Below, one piece after another: positions 39,194 to 51,942 of a DNA stretch of 64,000 bases (position 1 is its first letter; the number at the start of each line of letters is the position of its first letter). Position numbers and translations under genes: made by a program. The notes below the pieces were generated by a model, which saw only the letters and a list, made by a program, of their open reading frames with translations, was not told the origin of the DNA and made no database searches. The stretch covers positions 62,001 to 126,000 of the forward strand of contig MCFE01000154.1 of the NCBI GenBank assembly GCA_002104905.1, given 5' to 3'. This stretch comes from Basidiobolus meristosporus CBS 931.73. Its lineage: Eukaryota; Fungi; Basidiobolomycota.

Positions 39194-42100
39194 TCACTTC
39201 CTTCCGGAAGAGGAGTTTTTTGATACCTTCTGGGTTCCTCTGCGGCTCCAATACTGATCAATAATGGCAACATCATCAAAGTTGGTGTAAGGTTCCCAGG
39301 TGTTGTGTTTGGCATCATAGCCTTTCCACTTGACTAAATAAAGGCAATTTGGTTCTTCTCCATCATGGTCCACAATAGCTTCAACTTCATAGGATTCCAA
39401 AGTTACTGGGTCTTGAGAAATAACTTTGAGTGAAGAAGGTGGAAAGTTTTTGGGTAGCAGTGCTCCAGTGTTATCCTGAAGTACATAAGATCCTCCAGTA
39501 GTGCGTCTGACAACCTTGAATGGTCCTTCATACTTGGGGTCAAGCTTAGATTGCCGGATTGGATCTAGTGTCATGACATATGACCCATCTGGGAAGCTGC
39601 TGTTCCTGTGTCTTGAGGCATATGTTGAAGTCATCTTTTGCTGAGAGGCCTTACTTCTGGCACTGATAGCAGGGTAGACAATGTTGGTAAGGTACTCAAG
39701 CCGGTTCTTTAGCTTATCTGTATTCAAACTTGCTAACTCTGTATTCTGGTAGTCTCCAAAGTGGTTGTATCTTCTTCCAAACATCAAGGAAAATGGGGTT
39801 GATCCATGTAGAGCGGCAATTTTGGTGTTGATAGCATACTGTACAGTTGGAATGTACTTGTCCCAATTCTTCTTGATACCTTTGATAGATTTCCTGAAGA
39901 TGTTCACTGAGGTCTGAACATGTCTTTCAGCCAGTCCATTAGCTTTGGGATGATATGGAGTGATCAGACGATGATCAATGGCACTATTCTGACAAAGGGC
40001 TTTGATCACGTGATTCACAAATTCTGTTCCATTATCCAATTGAATGACCTTAGGGAATCCAAAAAGGCAGAAGAGCTTGAATAGTTCTTGTGCAATAGTG
40101 GCCGCATACTTGTCTGGGATGGCTTTGAGGAAGACAAAACGTGTGCAGACATCCACAATTACAAAGAGGTAGTGATTACCATCATCACTAGTGGTGAAAG
40201 GTCCAGATAGATCAATTGCAATATGATCCATAGGAAGGCTTGCATGGATGGGGCTCAAAGGGTGAAATCCATGGCGGCTGATATTGTAAAGTTGACATTC
40301 TCTGCACAACTTGACAAATTCTATGCAGTCAACTTTGATATTTGGCCAGTGATATCCATCAGAGTGCAGCTTCTTCATAAGTGTGTCAGCTCCAAAGTGG
40401 TCAAGTAAATGACTCCTCTGTATCAATGTTTTCCTTTGTTCTTCAGGTGGGATTTTCCAAGTTGCTGAATCCAGTTGAGGAATTATTTTGGAAGTTGTAG
40501 AGAGTTTACTGATTACATCAGTAATCACATGTCCCTCCCAAGGTGAAGTTGGAAAAAGTCTTGACAGGTGGTCAGGAAGGATGTTGAGAATTCCTGGGCG
40601 ATGAATAACTGTATATTCATAATCAAGTAGAGTATCAAGCCAGTTGGTAAGCATTGGAGTCAGAGTCTTCTGAGTGTGGATATAGACAAGGGCTTAGTGG
40701 TCAGTGTACAAGGTAAAAGGATTACCCCATAGATACTGATGAAACTTCTTCAAGGCAAAGACTATGGCAAGTAGCTCCTTCTTGGTAGCAGAGTAGTTTC
40801 TCTCAGCAGGTTGTAGGGACCTGGCTTGGAAAGAGATCCAGTGAGGCGGATTTTGGTCTTCATCTTGATAGAGGACTGCCCCTAACCCAACATTAGATGC
40901 ATCTGTAGCAACAACAAAGGGCTTAGTAAAGTCTGGGTAGGATAAGGTGGGTGCTTGTGGAAGCAGTTGGCAGAGTGACTCAAAGGCTTGGTCATGAGTC
41001 TTGTTCCAGGCTGAGGCAAGATCAGGGCTATGGCGTAATGCATCTAATGGGGCACTCAATGAGGACATGAGTGGTATGTGTTCCCTGAAATAGTTGAATA
41101 CTCCAAGATAATGTTGAAGTTGCTTGGCGCTAGTGGGTTTTGGCCATTCTGGGATATTGACCAGTTTGAAAGGATCTAATTGGTGGCCAGCTGGTGTGAC
41201 TATAAATCCAAGTAGATGGATTTTGAGGCGGGCAAAACTGCACTTTTCAGCATTGAGAATCAGTCCAGCAGTTGTCAGTCTGTTGATTACATCAGTGACA
41301 TGGGTTGCATGATCATCATGGTTAGTGGAGAATATGATGACATCATCAACAAATACCAATGCGTATGGTGCATTCTTGAGTATTATAGTCATGACTCTCT
41401 GAAACTTGCTGGTAAGTGTCTTTAGGCCAAAGGGAGCTCCCTGAAACATCCATTGCATATTATTCCAAGTAAAGGCAGTCTTATGCTGATGATCAGGATG
41501 GATCTGGAATTGGTGATATGCATCCTTCAAGTCCAACTTGGAGAATACTTTTGCTCCTGATAGTGCGGAAAAGATATCTTGGATTCTTGGAATTGGAAAC
41601 TTGTCATCTTGGAGAAGCTTGTTCAGAGGTCTGGGGTCTAAACAAGGTCTCTTCAGGGTTAGATTTCCATCAGCGTCTTTCTTTGGTGCAAGCATCAAAG
41701 GGCTGTTGAATGTTGTGTTGACAGGGGCTTGAGTGATAATTCCATTGTCAGCCCATTTTTGGACTATCTCATCAACTAAGTGTTGACATGAATGCGGAAT
41801 TGGGTGTTGCCTCCTCCATGTTGACTCACCAGGTGGGGTCTCTAGTGTAACAATGGATTCTGGGATGGTGCAGAAGCTGTTCCTTGGAATGGCCTGATTT
41901 CTCTCTATAGCCGGCTGAATATCTAATTTGACTGATTGAGAATATTCTTGAAAAGTTGGGGTTAACTCTTCTTCTTCCGCTTGGGATGAGATAATCTCTG
42001 GGATTTGATCCATTATGAGCGACTGAGATTTAGTGATTCCTGGATAGGAAACCGGTAGTCCGCCTATGTGAAAGCCAAGTTTGGTGAAGGTGTCCAGACC

Positions 42101-43678
42101 AATGACTACCTGAGGTCCATCTGGTATGTCAATCACTTCCATCTGATGGATTATGGTTACTGAGCCACAATGTATGTTGATTGGGTTGGTAATGCCAATT
42201 CTTGGGGCTGAGAGATCCTTAGCTGCAAGAATGATTTTTCCTGGTCGTTTTTCTATCTCCAAATTGAGTTCTCTGACTACATTGGGTGATACAATAGAGT
42301 TGGATGATCCAGTATCCAGTAGTGCTACGTATGATTGGCCATTGAGGGTGAGTGGCACTTCTATGGCTTTGAGCTGTGTGATTGGTTGCTTCTTTTCTTG
42401 GACAGTTGCAATTTTAGCCGGAAACTCAAAGAGGTTGTGATAATCTTGAACTGTAAGTTCTTCATATGCTTCTTCATACCCCATTTTATCATTGGCTGAA
42501 TGATCATCAAGGATCTGGGTAATTTTGGCTGATGGTGTGGAGTTCTTCTCAGGACAGGCAGGTGATCTATGTCCCCTATTTCCACATTTAAAGCACTTGT
42601 CATCAGCATATGGATTATCAGTTTTGGTGTTTTGCTGCTTTTCTGCGGTGTTTCCTGACTTGTTTGACTGCTTGGTGATGCCTTTGTATTCACTGGTAGA
42701 ATGATAGCATTTTCCATGAAGCTCACAGTGCTTAGTAGCGGTTGACTGCTTCTTGGTCACATGACTGGTCTCTTTTCCGGCTGTTGTGGGATATTGGGCT
42801 GAGCTGCCTGAAGTCTGGCTAACAGCTGCAGTCAAGGTGATTGCCAGTGTACATATCTCTGAGATCTGGTCATAGGTACGTGCAGGGTTGCATACTTTGA
42901 CAATATCAATATTGCTCTGTAGCTGGTGTGAAAAGTTTGAAAGAAAATGAGCAGTAAGCGATGGATTATCATCACTAACTCCAGCTAATCTCATTTGTCT
43001 TTGGAATCTATCTCAGAAGTGTTGCACAGATTCACCTTTTTGCATTTTAGTTTTCCATAAGTCGCAGTTCAGATGTGCTTTCTTGAGAGGATCTTCAAAA
43101 TGGCTGCAAAAGAGGTTTTGGGCAATTTTCCACGTACTATTGGAAGGAATGTTCACTTCAACCCAGTCCGCATCTTGCATTGTGAGACAGAGAGGCAGAA
43201 GTCTAGCCCAGTTGGTGTCAGGGTCTAGCTGGTGTGCAGCTAAGACGTGACTAAACTTGTAAAGAAACTCAGTTGGATTCTTGATGGCATTGGTGCCTTC
43301 AGCATAAACAGGCAAGGATCTTGGGACAACCACCGGGGCAGGTCTAGAAGGAGATGTAGATCTGGAGGATTCAAAGGCATGACTTCTTGGTGGCTGATGC
43401 AGAGCAAGGCTTGGTGGATTTTCAATGCTGTCAATTACTATGGCAATATTCTCCAGTGCTTCCTTAATTATTCCAATTTCATCTTGGTAACCGGATATAA
43501 CTTCAAGGAGTTCATCTCTACGGTGATTATCAGATCTTGTTTTGGCAAGCTTTGAGTGCTCAATCATCATGGTATTTCTTTCAAGCATGATGTTTTCAAG
43601 CTGTTCAGTAAGTTCTTCCTGATTTCTTCTGGCTTCTTCCAACATGGAAAGGTTTGGATTGCTTGCTGCTGAGGACAT
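39194..43678 (-). pseudogene. Single-frame gag-pol polyprotein (about 1490 aa) with two premature stops (43013-43015 TGA, 40694-40696 TAA)
   Basis: One frame throughout: gag, CFKCGNRGHRSPAC, LLDTGS protease, FVDD RT, TDASNVG RNase H, DNGTEF integrase, GPF motif and chromodomain YEVEAIVDH..YLVKWKGY..NTWEP. Confidence 0.95.
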
Positions 43679-43718
43679 CTTCTAATTGGCTGAATGTAAT
43701 GGAATTCAACGAAAAAAA

Positions 43719-44415
43719 TGTTGTATCCAAGAGAAAGTGTAATAAAACTCTTGAATGGTTTAACTAAACCAAAGGGACAATTAAGTGCAGAATCTTAGAA
43801 TTGTCAGAGAGTGGCGGAAATATTAGCAGAAAGATTCTGATCTAATATTGGTCTTGGATATAGCTGGGTTGGCTATAAAGGCAATGATATTTGTTTGCTA
43901 GGCAGGCTAGGCTTGGTGTTCTTTGGAGTGCTAGATATACTAGGCTTGGATAGAAACTAGAACGGAATTGTTGGATTCTTATTTTTGCTGAGACAGAATC
44001 TTAATTTTGTTGAGACACACACTAAACCAAAAGGTTCAGTAAACTTTATTTATACTTTTCTGATCAAGTTGAATTAGTCAGCGCCAAGGGACTGGATTGA
44101 TTGAAATCAATTTGGGTGTTCATAGGTGCATAAGATAAATGAAAATTACATCATCAATCAAATGATGTCTTGGCAACTGCACAGTGGTTGGATAGATCTC
44201 AGATGACTAATCACCTGGGAAGGCTTGGCAGATAGGTTGATAACATAATGACCATTTGAAAAGAGATCAGGTGTGATAGCTAAAAATAGATTCTGAGGTG
44301 GGATAAAATAAACTGTAACTGAGATTTGTTATGTTTGGGTTAGGGAAAATCAGTTAGGGTACTAGATTTTCAAACGGAGTAAAATTGGCTAAGTTTTAAA
44401 TGTTGATTCACAACA
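43719..44415 (-). repeat. 5' LTR of chromovirus C
   Basis: Direct repeat of 38497-39193. Confidence 0.95.
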
Positions 44416-45057
44416 GGGCTATTTCCTGATTTCTCTGGGCCATTGCATCTATCCTTTCTGCCACTGCACATAATTGCTTCATTAATGCTTTGGTTTGAAC
44501 GGACAACATACTTGCTAATATGGGTGGTGGTGATGTTATCATTGCCACTTGCTGATCTTCAACTGAGGGTACCGCATTTGCTACATTCTCATCTGCCTGA
44601 GCATAACAGTCAGCTTGTGGCTCTGCAGAGGTTCTCAATTGCCTACTTGGCTGAGAGTCTGAGGAGTCCCCATTATTACCTTCAATGGGCACACAGTCCA
44701 CAGGGCCTTTTTCGGATGTAGCCCTGCTTGTTGCCCTAAATGTCAAAGCAAGCTGTTGTCCAACCGTTCTTCTGTTGCTCCAGCAGTGGGGTTTGGTTGA
44801 GAACCAGACAACTTTGCTTTATTTTTAGGTGGCATATATATGGAAGTGAGTCAAACCAAAGGGGAAATAGTGTTACATATTTGTGTGTATGTGGTGCCAC
44901 AACTTTATTTATAATGCTTACTATGACGGGTCATCATGAAATCTTACACTCATGTAGGTGCAATGCCTCAAATACAAGACTGCCATAAGTTCACATGAGT
45001 ACTGACCAAAAAGTGATATAATAGCATTACATTGTTGAAGGTCAAACTGTTTGCCCC

Positions 45058-47723
45058 GTGGACAAGACTACTTTGACTCAATGCCATAAGAGAAGAGAAA
45101 AAAGACCATGTGGCTATTGTGGCAAGCCTCTCAGCCATAAAGCATGCAGACAGCATTGGAAGTATTACAAGGATCATGGCCAGTATTTTGCCACCCAAGT
45201 CATATTTGACCATTCATTGGTCACTACTGTACCAACATTATCTTGCTGGCCAGTTGATACTTCTATATTGGCACCTGGCCATCTTTGTCACCTTGCGCAA
45301 ACTGAGCGAGGTGAGCTTGTGATGTCTTTAGGCTCACCTCAGCCTTCTGAATATGGCACACAGAGTGATAGCTCTGACAAAGCAGATTCACTGTTGGATT
45401 TTGAGCCTATCTCCCCTAACAATGGTACCACATATGAGCCTAGTCAAATCCCTATATGCAATAAGACAACACTTGTTGAAACAAATGCCAAGGATACTTT
45501 ATGGAGCCAACTGAGCTCAGTAATCCATCTACTGGTCAATGATGTAATGTTGTGGCTAGAGAAGTGGTGCATTTCCACTAATATCAGTAATGGGGGCTTA
45601 GAGGATTTATTACTACATCTTGCCAAAATCATACCAGGATGCAACGTACCATGTACATGGTACAAGTGGACAACTGTCATGAGGCTGGCAACATATGATC
45701 CAGAAACTGTCCTGATTCCAGCATGTGTTAACAGTTGCATGGCATTCACATCCAAAAATGCTATCATTGCAACGTGTCCAAATTGTCAGGAATCCCCCAC
45801 CATTGAGGGAAAACATTGTTTACACTCCAAATATATTCTGATCATACCCTGTCTGAGGAAGCTGACGCAGTCCAACAAATATTGCAAAGCTATACAGTAC
45901 CACACTCAGTATCAATCAAGTGCAAACATATCCAAAATATTTGATGGCAAACATTACAAACAGCTAAGAAGCATGGTTACTTTGAAGGTATGTATGACCA
46001 TGCCTTTGCTTTAGCACTTGATGGATTCTCATTAAACAAGTACTCTACCAGCAAATCCTGCTGGCCGCTGATTCTCATCAATCTGAATCTGCCACCCATC
46101 TTATGGTATCAGAGCAATAATCTGATGGTAGTGTCACTAGTATTTGGGCCTATATCACTGTTCAACCTGGATAGCTACCTGTATCCATTGCAGGATGAAC
46201 TATGTATCCTTTCCAGCAGGACAATGGTATATGGCTGTCATGTAAAAGCGCATATTATTATCTGCATTGGAGATACCCAGCCATCAGCAAGATAGCAGGT
46301 TTTTCTGGGCACAATGGAAAGTATTGCTGTCAAATGGGTGAGATCCAGGGGATTTACTCCATAACTCACATATACTATTATCACCCAAACACCAGTACTA
46401 AGAACATCATCTTTCCACAGACAGAATGTACAGAAGTAAGCATGCAATTGCAGCAAAGTTGGCAAGCTATAAGTCATTGGCCAGAATATGGAATCAATTG
46501 GAAACCAGAGATACTAAAGATAGAGGGTATTGGTTGGAGCAAAAGCTTTCCACTGGGAGCAATGCATTTGCTTTTCAACAATATCCCTATACTGATGACT
46601 AACTTGTACATAGGGCATTTCAAGCTAAATGAGCCCTTTGAGATACCAGAGAAATTTGAAAGAATTGGTAAGACATTACAGAGTATCCGCTACCCTAAGT
46701 ACTTTGTATGGGCTCCAATTAATATTCATATGCATATGCAACAATACAAATGCAAAGACTGGATGAACTGGATTTGTATTTATTCAAGTGGTGTTCTGAA
46801 GCCATTCCTACCAAAAGTACATTGGAAGCATTAGGAGTCATATGTGGACATTGTAGGAATATTTATCCAGAAGTGGATCACCAATGCCAACCTGATGCAT
46901 CTACAGTTGTTGTGTGAGGAGTTTGTGATGGGATTTGAGCGGCTATACTACAAACATAAAGCTGAACATGTAGATCTCTGCCATTACTGTATCCATTCTC
47001 TACTCCATCTTGCATGGTGTGTGGAGAATATTGGGCCTTGCTTCATTGTTTGGGAGTTTCCTATGGAGCAGATGTGTGGGGATATAGGAAGACAAGTCAA
47101 GTTGCAGGTACTACCATATCCCAATCTCATCAAGAATATTACCCTCAAGTCTGTCATGTATGTGATGAGTTGGCACATGGAGGACAGCCAAAGAGAGTTG
47201 GAAAATACTGAGGATAAATGTGCACATGGAGACACTTGTGCCTATGGCATTAAGAAGCTAAGCAGCCCCAATGCATGGGTAATTGGTCAAGTAATGCAAA
47301 GTTGGATTGAGTGCAACAAGCAACTAATTTTTATCAGGAAAACTCTACCAAGATATGCCAGATTTCTCATGGTCACAAGCCAACTTCTACACCATTCAAT
47401 ATGGAATTCACACAAACAAAAGCCAGAGTGCCCCTATAAAGGGGACTAGAATCCAGCAGGGAGAAGGAATATATTGGTTAAATACCAAGAAGTTCTTTGC
47501 GGATATTCAGGAGGTATTCATGGCAGAAGTGGCAACAACCAAGCATATGTTTGCAAGATGTATATGTTACCAGCAGTACAAGGTACATGGCAACTTTGCA
47601 AGTATCACACTAAAATGCTATAAAGTTGAGGTGGTAGAAGTATGTCAATTGTGGCAGGTGTGTGTGTTTGTAGAGGTTAGTAAGCAGTGGGCCATAGTTT
47701 TTTTTGATTTGAACTATATATAG
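45058..47723 (+). pseudogene. Family A Transposase_21-like transposase (copy A2), frameshifted
   Basis: Collinear with 26138-28826 (PCGYCGKPLSHKACRQH, DGFSLNK, CWPLILINLNLPP). Confidence 0.85.
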
Positions 47724-49202
47724 AATACCAAAGGTAGTAGTGGGTAAGCAAATAAAGAGGGGTGGTTCTACAGTGGAATATATGAATTGCACAAGGGGAG
47801 GTAGAAAAAGAAAATACCATTTGGTAAATTGGTACGGTGGCATTAAACAGAACCAGCAGTAGACTGTCATACTGCCAATATAATGCCATCAGATTTTTGC
47901 TGTGAGGACATCAAAATATTGTCAAGTTTCTTGCCATATAAGGCAATTGGATGTCCTGGCAAACTGGATCCACTTAAATAGTTGCAGAGCACTGAAAGAC
48001 TGCAACAATACTATGCAAATATTGTCCCAGCACCAATAAAATATTGTCAAGTTTTATCCCTTAATGTGGTTGTAAAATTAGCAAAACACCATTATGATCC
48101 TGTCATAAGATTGTTAGGAGGGTCACTAATTCCAAGCTGCAGTTATTATGGCAGTCTCTAAACAGGATCTTGATGGCTGATCCAGATTGGATCCACCCAT
48201 GGGGCCAAATTATTTTTCATAGGGTTATTATAGCCACCAATAACCTAGAAACATTGGAAGAGACTAAATCCAGCCTATCTAAGGAGTTCAAGATGTCCAA
48301 TCTAGGAGAACTCAGTTACTACTTAGGGATTAAGTTCTCCATAGACAGAAGTACCCAGACTATTACCCTAAGCCAATCAAAGTATATTCAAGGTATACAA
48401 AAGAAGTACCAAATGGAAGACTGTAAACCGGCAGCCACTCCAATGGAGACAAACCTTAACTTGGTCAAAACTCAACCAAATTAAGAGAGCTTGGTGCCAT
48501 CTGAAAGCCCTGACTTTCCTTATCAATCTATGTTTGACAGTCTGATGTATATCATGCTTAGAACATGTTCAGATATCTCATATTGAGTGGGAGTTGTCAG
48601 CCAGCATAATTAGAACTATAGATCTGATCATCTTGCAGCATTTAAGTGGATTTTTAGATACCTAAAAGGAACTGCTGATATCTGCTTAAGATACACTTAC
48701 AAAGATTGAGACAGGATCTTGTGGGATACTCTGATGCTGATTGGGGATGATACTTGGAACACAGAAGATCTACCACAGGATACACCTTTCTTTACTGTAA
48801 AGGAGCAATTTCATGGAACTCAAGAAAGCAACCAACTGTAGCACTTTCTACCACAGAGGCAGAGTATATGGCAGCCTGTGCAGCTACAAAAGAATCAATG
48901 TGGCTAAGAAAGCTTTTTACAGATTTAGGCCTATGTCAAGAAATGCCTATTACTTTATTTCAAGATAATCAAGGATGTTTACAATTAGGTAGAAATCCAG
49001 CTTTTCATGCTAGAACTAAGCACATAGATATTAGACATCATTTCATATGTGAAGCTGTAGAGAATAACTTAGCTAGCTTAGTTTACTGTTCCTCAGATGA
49101 AATGATTGCAGAAATATTTACTAAGCCATTAGCTAGAGACAAGTTTGAATATCTTAGATCATAATTAGGATTAGTCAGTATGAACATTTAGCTGAGTGGG
49201 AC

Positions 49203-49551
49203 TGTTGTAGAAATTTGTAATTCCACCTAAATATTCACCTAACTTAGTCACTTAGATCATTACCCTCAAATCCTAGAGAATACTGACCAAATTCTTTGTC
49301 AGGATTTACTTAGAATATTTTCACCAAAATACCAGGTACCCAGAACGTAAAAATTCTCAAAGTAGTCCATACTGCCCCAAACTTTGCACACATGCTCTTG
49401 AGACCTTTCTTAACCTATTCTACATGATTGCTATGCCAAGACCATGTCAAAGTATAAATACTACTTTTACATCCAATAAATCATTAAGTGAAAACCACAT
49501 AATCTACTTGACCTCCCAGTCACTTCCAATATCTCCAAGACACTTACAATA
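49203..49551 (+). repeat. 3' LTR of Copia copy 3
   Basis: Preceded by PPT GAGTGGGA. TGTTGTAG..CTTACAATA, homologous to the reverse complement of 22242-22589. Confidence 0.85.
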
Positions 49552-50500
49552 GTAAGGACTCAAAATAGCATTGCTCTGTATATGCTGATGCCAAATAAGG
49601 ACAAAACCTGAGGCACAGACAAAATAATGTGAGAAATACCTTTCTGTATTTTAAAGGTGCAATCTCAAGAGATGCAGGAAAAAAGCCAGCAATAGCTCAT
49701 TCTACCTTGGATGCGGAGTATATGGCAGCCTACAAATCTACAGCAGTAGCCAGGTTGCTCACAAAGTCATGTTTTATTGAAGACTTTGTAATAGATTAAA
49801 TTTCTTTATAACTATAGTTGGAGTTAGTTGCAAATAGTTAAAACAAGGCAGAGTTTACCATTTTGTACTACAGCTAAGCACATAGGCTTTATATATAATC
49901 TCATCCAGGAAGGCATAGAGGATAAATGAGTTGACCTAGATTGCTGTCTGACAGATGAAATGATGGCAAAAATGATCTAAAACCTGCACAGCAAGGCCTA
50001 ATGCTGAGGTCTAGAGTGTATTGTCAATGCTGTGGCACTATTTGTCCAGTAAGTACTCTCATGTGGAGAGAGGGTGAGGAGTATGTAAATGCTCAAAGAA
50101 TCTGGCTTCACAGTGTAGAATAGTACTGAAAAGAAATTCAGAAAATAAAATGCACAATGATGAAATATTGCTCATAGAGCAAAAATGCAGATATTCAGAT
50201 GCTTAATGATATTTGGTATTATGATAGTAAGTCTAGAGACATGTGAGCATTGGTTGAAAAGAATTTGAAGGCATCATATGAGATGACAAACCACTTCTTG
50301 ATGTTTTGATAACCTCAAGGTTGATGAGGTCCGTATATGCAAGTGACATACCAGATGTTTGTTCAACAGCTTGGACACAATCAAAGCCGGTCAAGAGGCA
50401 AATGTAAATCACACAACTCCCTCAGGGCCCTAGTGCGGCTTTTCTGGAGATAAAAATAGGTATGCCATAAGTCATTCACATAGCCAAGCCTGATAGACAG
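49552..50500 (+). mobile_element. Highly decayed Copia-like relic
   Basis: Traces such as STLDAEYMAA (about 49700-49735) resemble the Copia RNase H motif. AT-rich and nearly CpG-free. Confidence 0.45.
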
Positions 50501-51942
50501 AAAGGACAGAGCACCCAAGGTGTATTGTTAGAAGTTCATTGCTGCACAGCATGAGAGGGCAAGCAACCGTCAAGCCTTAGCCCCCAAATATATCATGGAA
50601 CAGGACGTATTCAACGAACTGGGTGCTACCCATACCTAGGCTCCTTGAAAACAGGTCAGCTATTGCTCTGAGCAAAAAAGAAGGTTGCAGGGAACCGGGT
50701 GGAACTCAGCTATCCCAAGTGGCGATCAGGGAAGGCCTTGTGGAGTGGCGCCCGGTTGACTTGGGATCCCATGGATGTCCAGACCCCTCCTTACTCTTCA
50801 CGGGCTCAGAGCACTTGACGAACGAGCCAGAAGCGTATTCATTCCCCACCACCGCCAATGCCAAACACCGGCACATCACGTGACCCTGTACACATGCTAA
50901 GGCTCGAGAATTCTAGATTCATGCTGGTTTCCGTACACGTATCCCGCAGATCTCCCAGGACATGCAATTCCTCCATTGTATGGAGTGCTGTCCTCCAGCT
51001 GCGTAACCCTGTACGGCGGGCCAAGCTACCAGTAATTCGAGAGTAAACGGAGCGGACCTCATCTATTCGGCAAGAGAGGTGGAAGGTGAGAAAACCATGA
51101 ATCGGACCGGGGAGGGGGTGAAGGCGGAGGAGGGGTGGGCGGGATCACGGTCGAGAAAGGCCAATGCTGTCTGGGCTATCCCGGTGAAGAAGGAATCGAA
51201 ATCCTCCAAGGCAAATATGGGAGGGGGTTTGAAAGGGTGGTTGGGTGAGACGTCATGGATTCCTTTTATACCACCGCCCCGCCCCCACGGAGGTTGGTGT
51301 GGTGCTTAGTGCGCGCCTCACTGATCTAGCAAGCAAACCTTATTGCTCCGCGCCAAACCGGTACTGAGATGGATTGCACCGACCGGACACTGGCCAAGCG
51401 TCAGCGCTTGACAAGCTGCCAATGGCCACCCACGACCTGGCCACCATGGGCCGATGGGTTGGCCACCACCCGCAGCTCCATTCTATCCCTGAGCACCATC
51501 GACGGGATCGAGGTAGGTGACTCGTTGAATGAGGCGGCCCTACCAGATTTGTGATACATGTGCCCATTGAGCGTAGTCAAATCAGCCATCCGTTTCAAAC
51601 AAGCAATTTCCCACGTACATCCAGCATCACAACAATTTTTCCTCCGTTTGCAAGGCCTGATTGATTTTTCATCTTATCCTGTTACCAACCAAAGGGAGAA
51701 CCAACCCGGCCTGACCAAACCATTCAACCACTTGGAAATCCCCCCGTTCACCGAGAACATCCAGCCATCGCCTCTGTCAACACGCAAGAGTGAAGGCGAG
51801 TATACACAACAGTACTTGGGGATTCCCTCCACCTACCCCTGAAAACAAGCACGAAGCATCGAAGTAACCGACGTGAGTGGAAGTTGCGACGTTTAGAAAC
51901 TTCCTTCGAGTGCCAATTACGCTAGAAACCGATATAGACAAC

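Larger units (their letters stand above)
38497..44415 (-). mobile_element. Full-length chromodomain-bearing Ty3/Gypsy element (chromovirus) C
   Basis: 697-bp LTRs at 38497-39193 and 43719-44415 (about 13 mismatches by eye), and 5-bp TSD GGGCT (38492-38496, 44416-44420). Inserted into family A ORF1. Confidence 0.97.
36523..48224 (+). mobile_element. Family A CACTA-like transposon, copy A2. Own segments are 36523-38496 and 44416-48224.
   Basis: Termini (AT)CTATGAAAAATTATT / AATTATTTTTCATAGGG and TSD TTAT. The empty site restores GAT GAT CTT ATT ATA GCC (DDLIIA). Transposase fragments at 45058-47723. Confidence 0.92.
33701..49551 (+). mobile_element. Ty1/Copia copy 3 (5'-truncated). Own segments are 33701-36522 and 48225-49551.
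   Basis: Gag remnant, CNYCKRKGH knuckle, protease WYIDSGAS (34334-34804), integrase HSDLCG (34823-35691), RT (35977-36520, YVDDL) and RT/RNase H (48225-49164). 3' LTR at 49203-49551. Confidence 0.92.

Noticed and set aside
43013-43015. Programmed stop-codon readthrough between gag and pol in chromovirus C
   Set aside because: The TGA lies inside gag upstream of the zinc knuckle, and a second stop lies within RNase H. Both look like point mutations in a single-ORF element.
55-50500. Dozens of 60-130 aa ORFs in the TE block as host or captured genes
   Set aside because: They are antisense or off-frame shadows, or fragments, of the recognised transposon ORFs and recur in each copy.
51369-51554. 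ORF MDCTDRTLAKRQRL.. as an upstream coding exon of the RNR
   Set aside because: Its phase-0 donor (about 51512) has no phase-compatible acceptor among the AGs at 51896, 51925 and 51937. Unsupported without cDNA.
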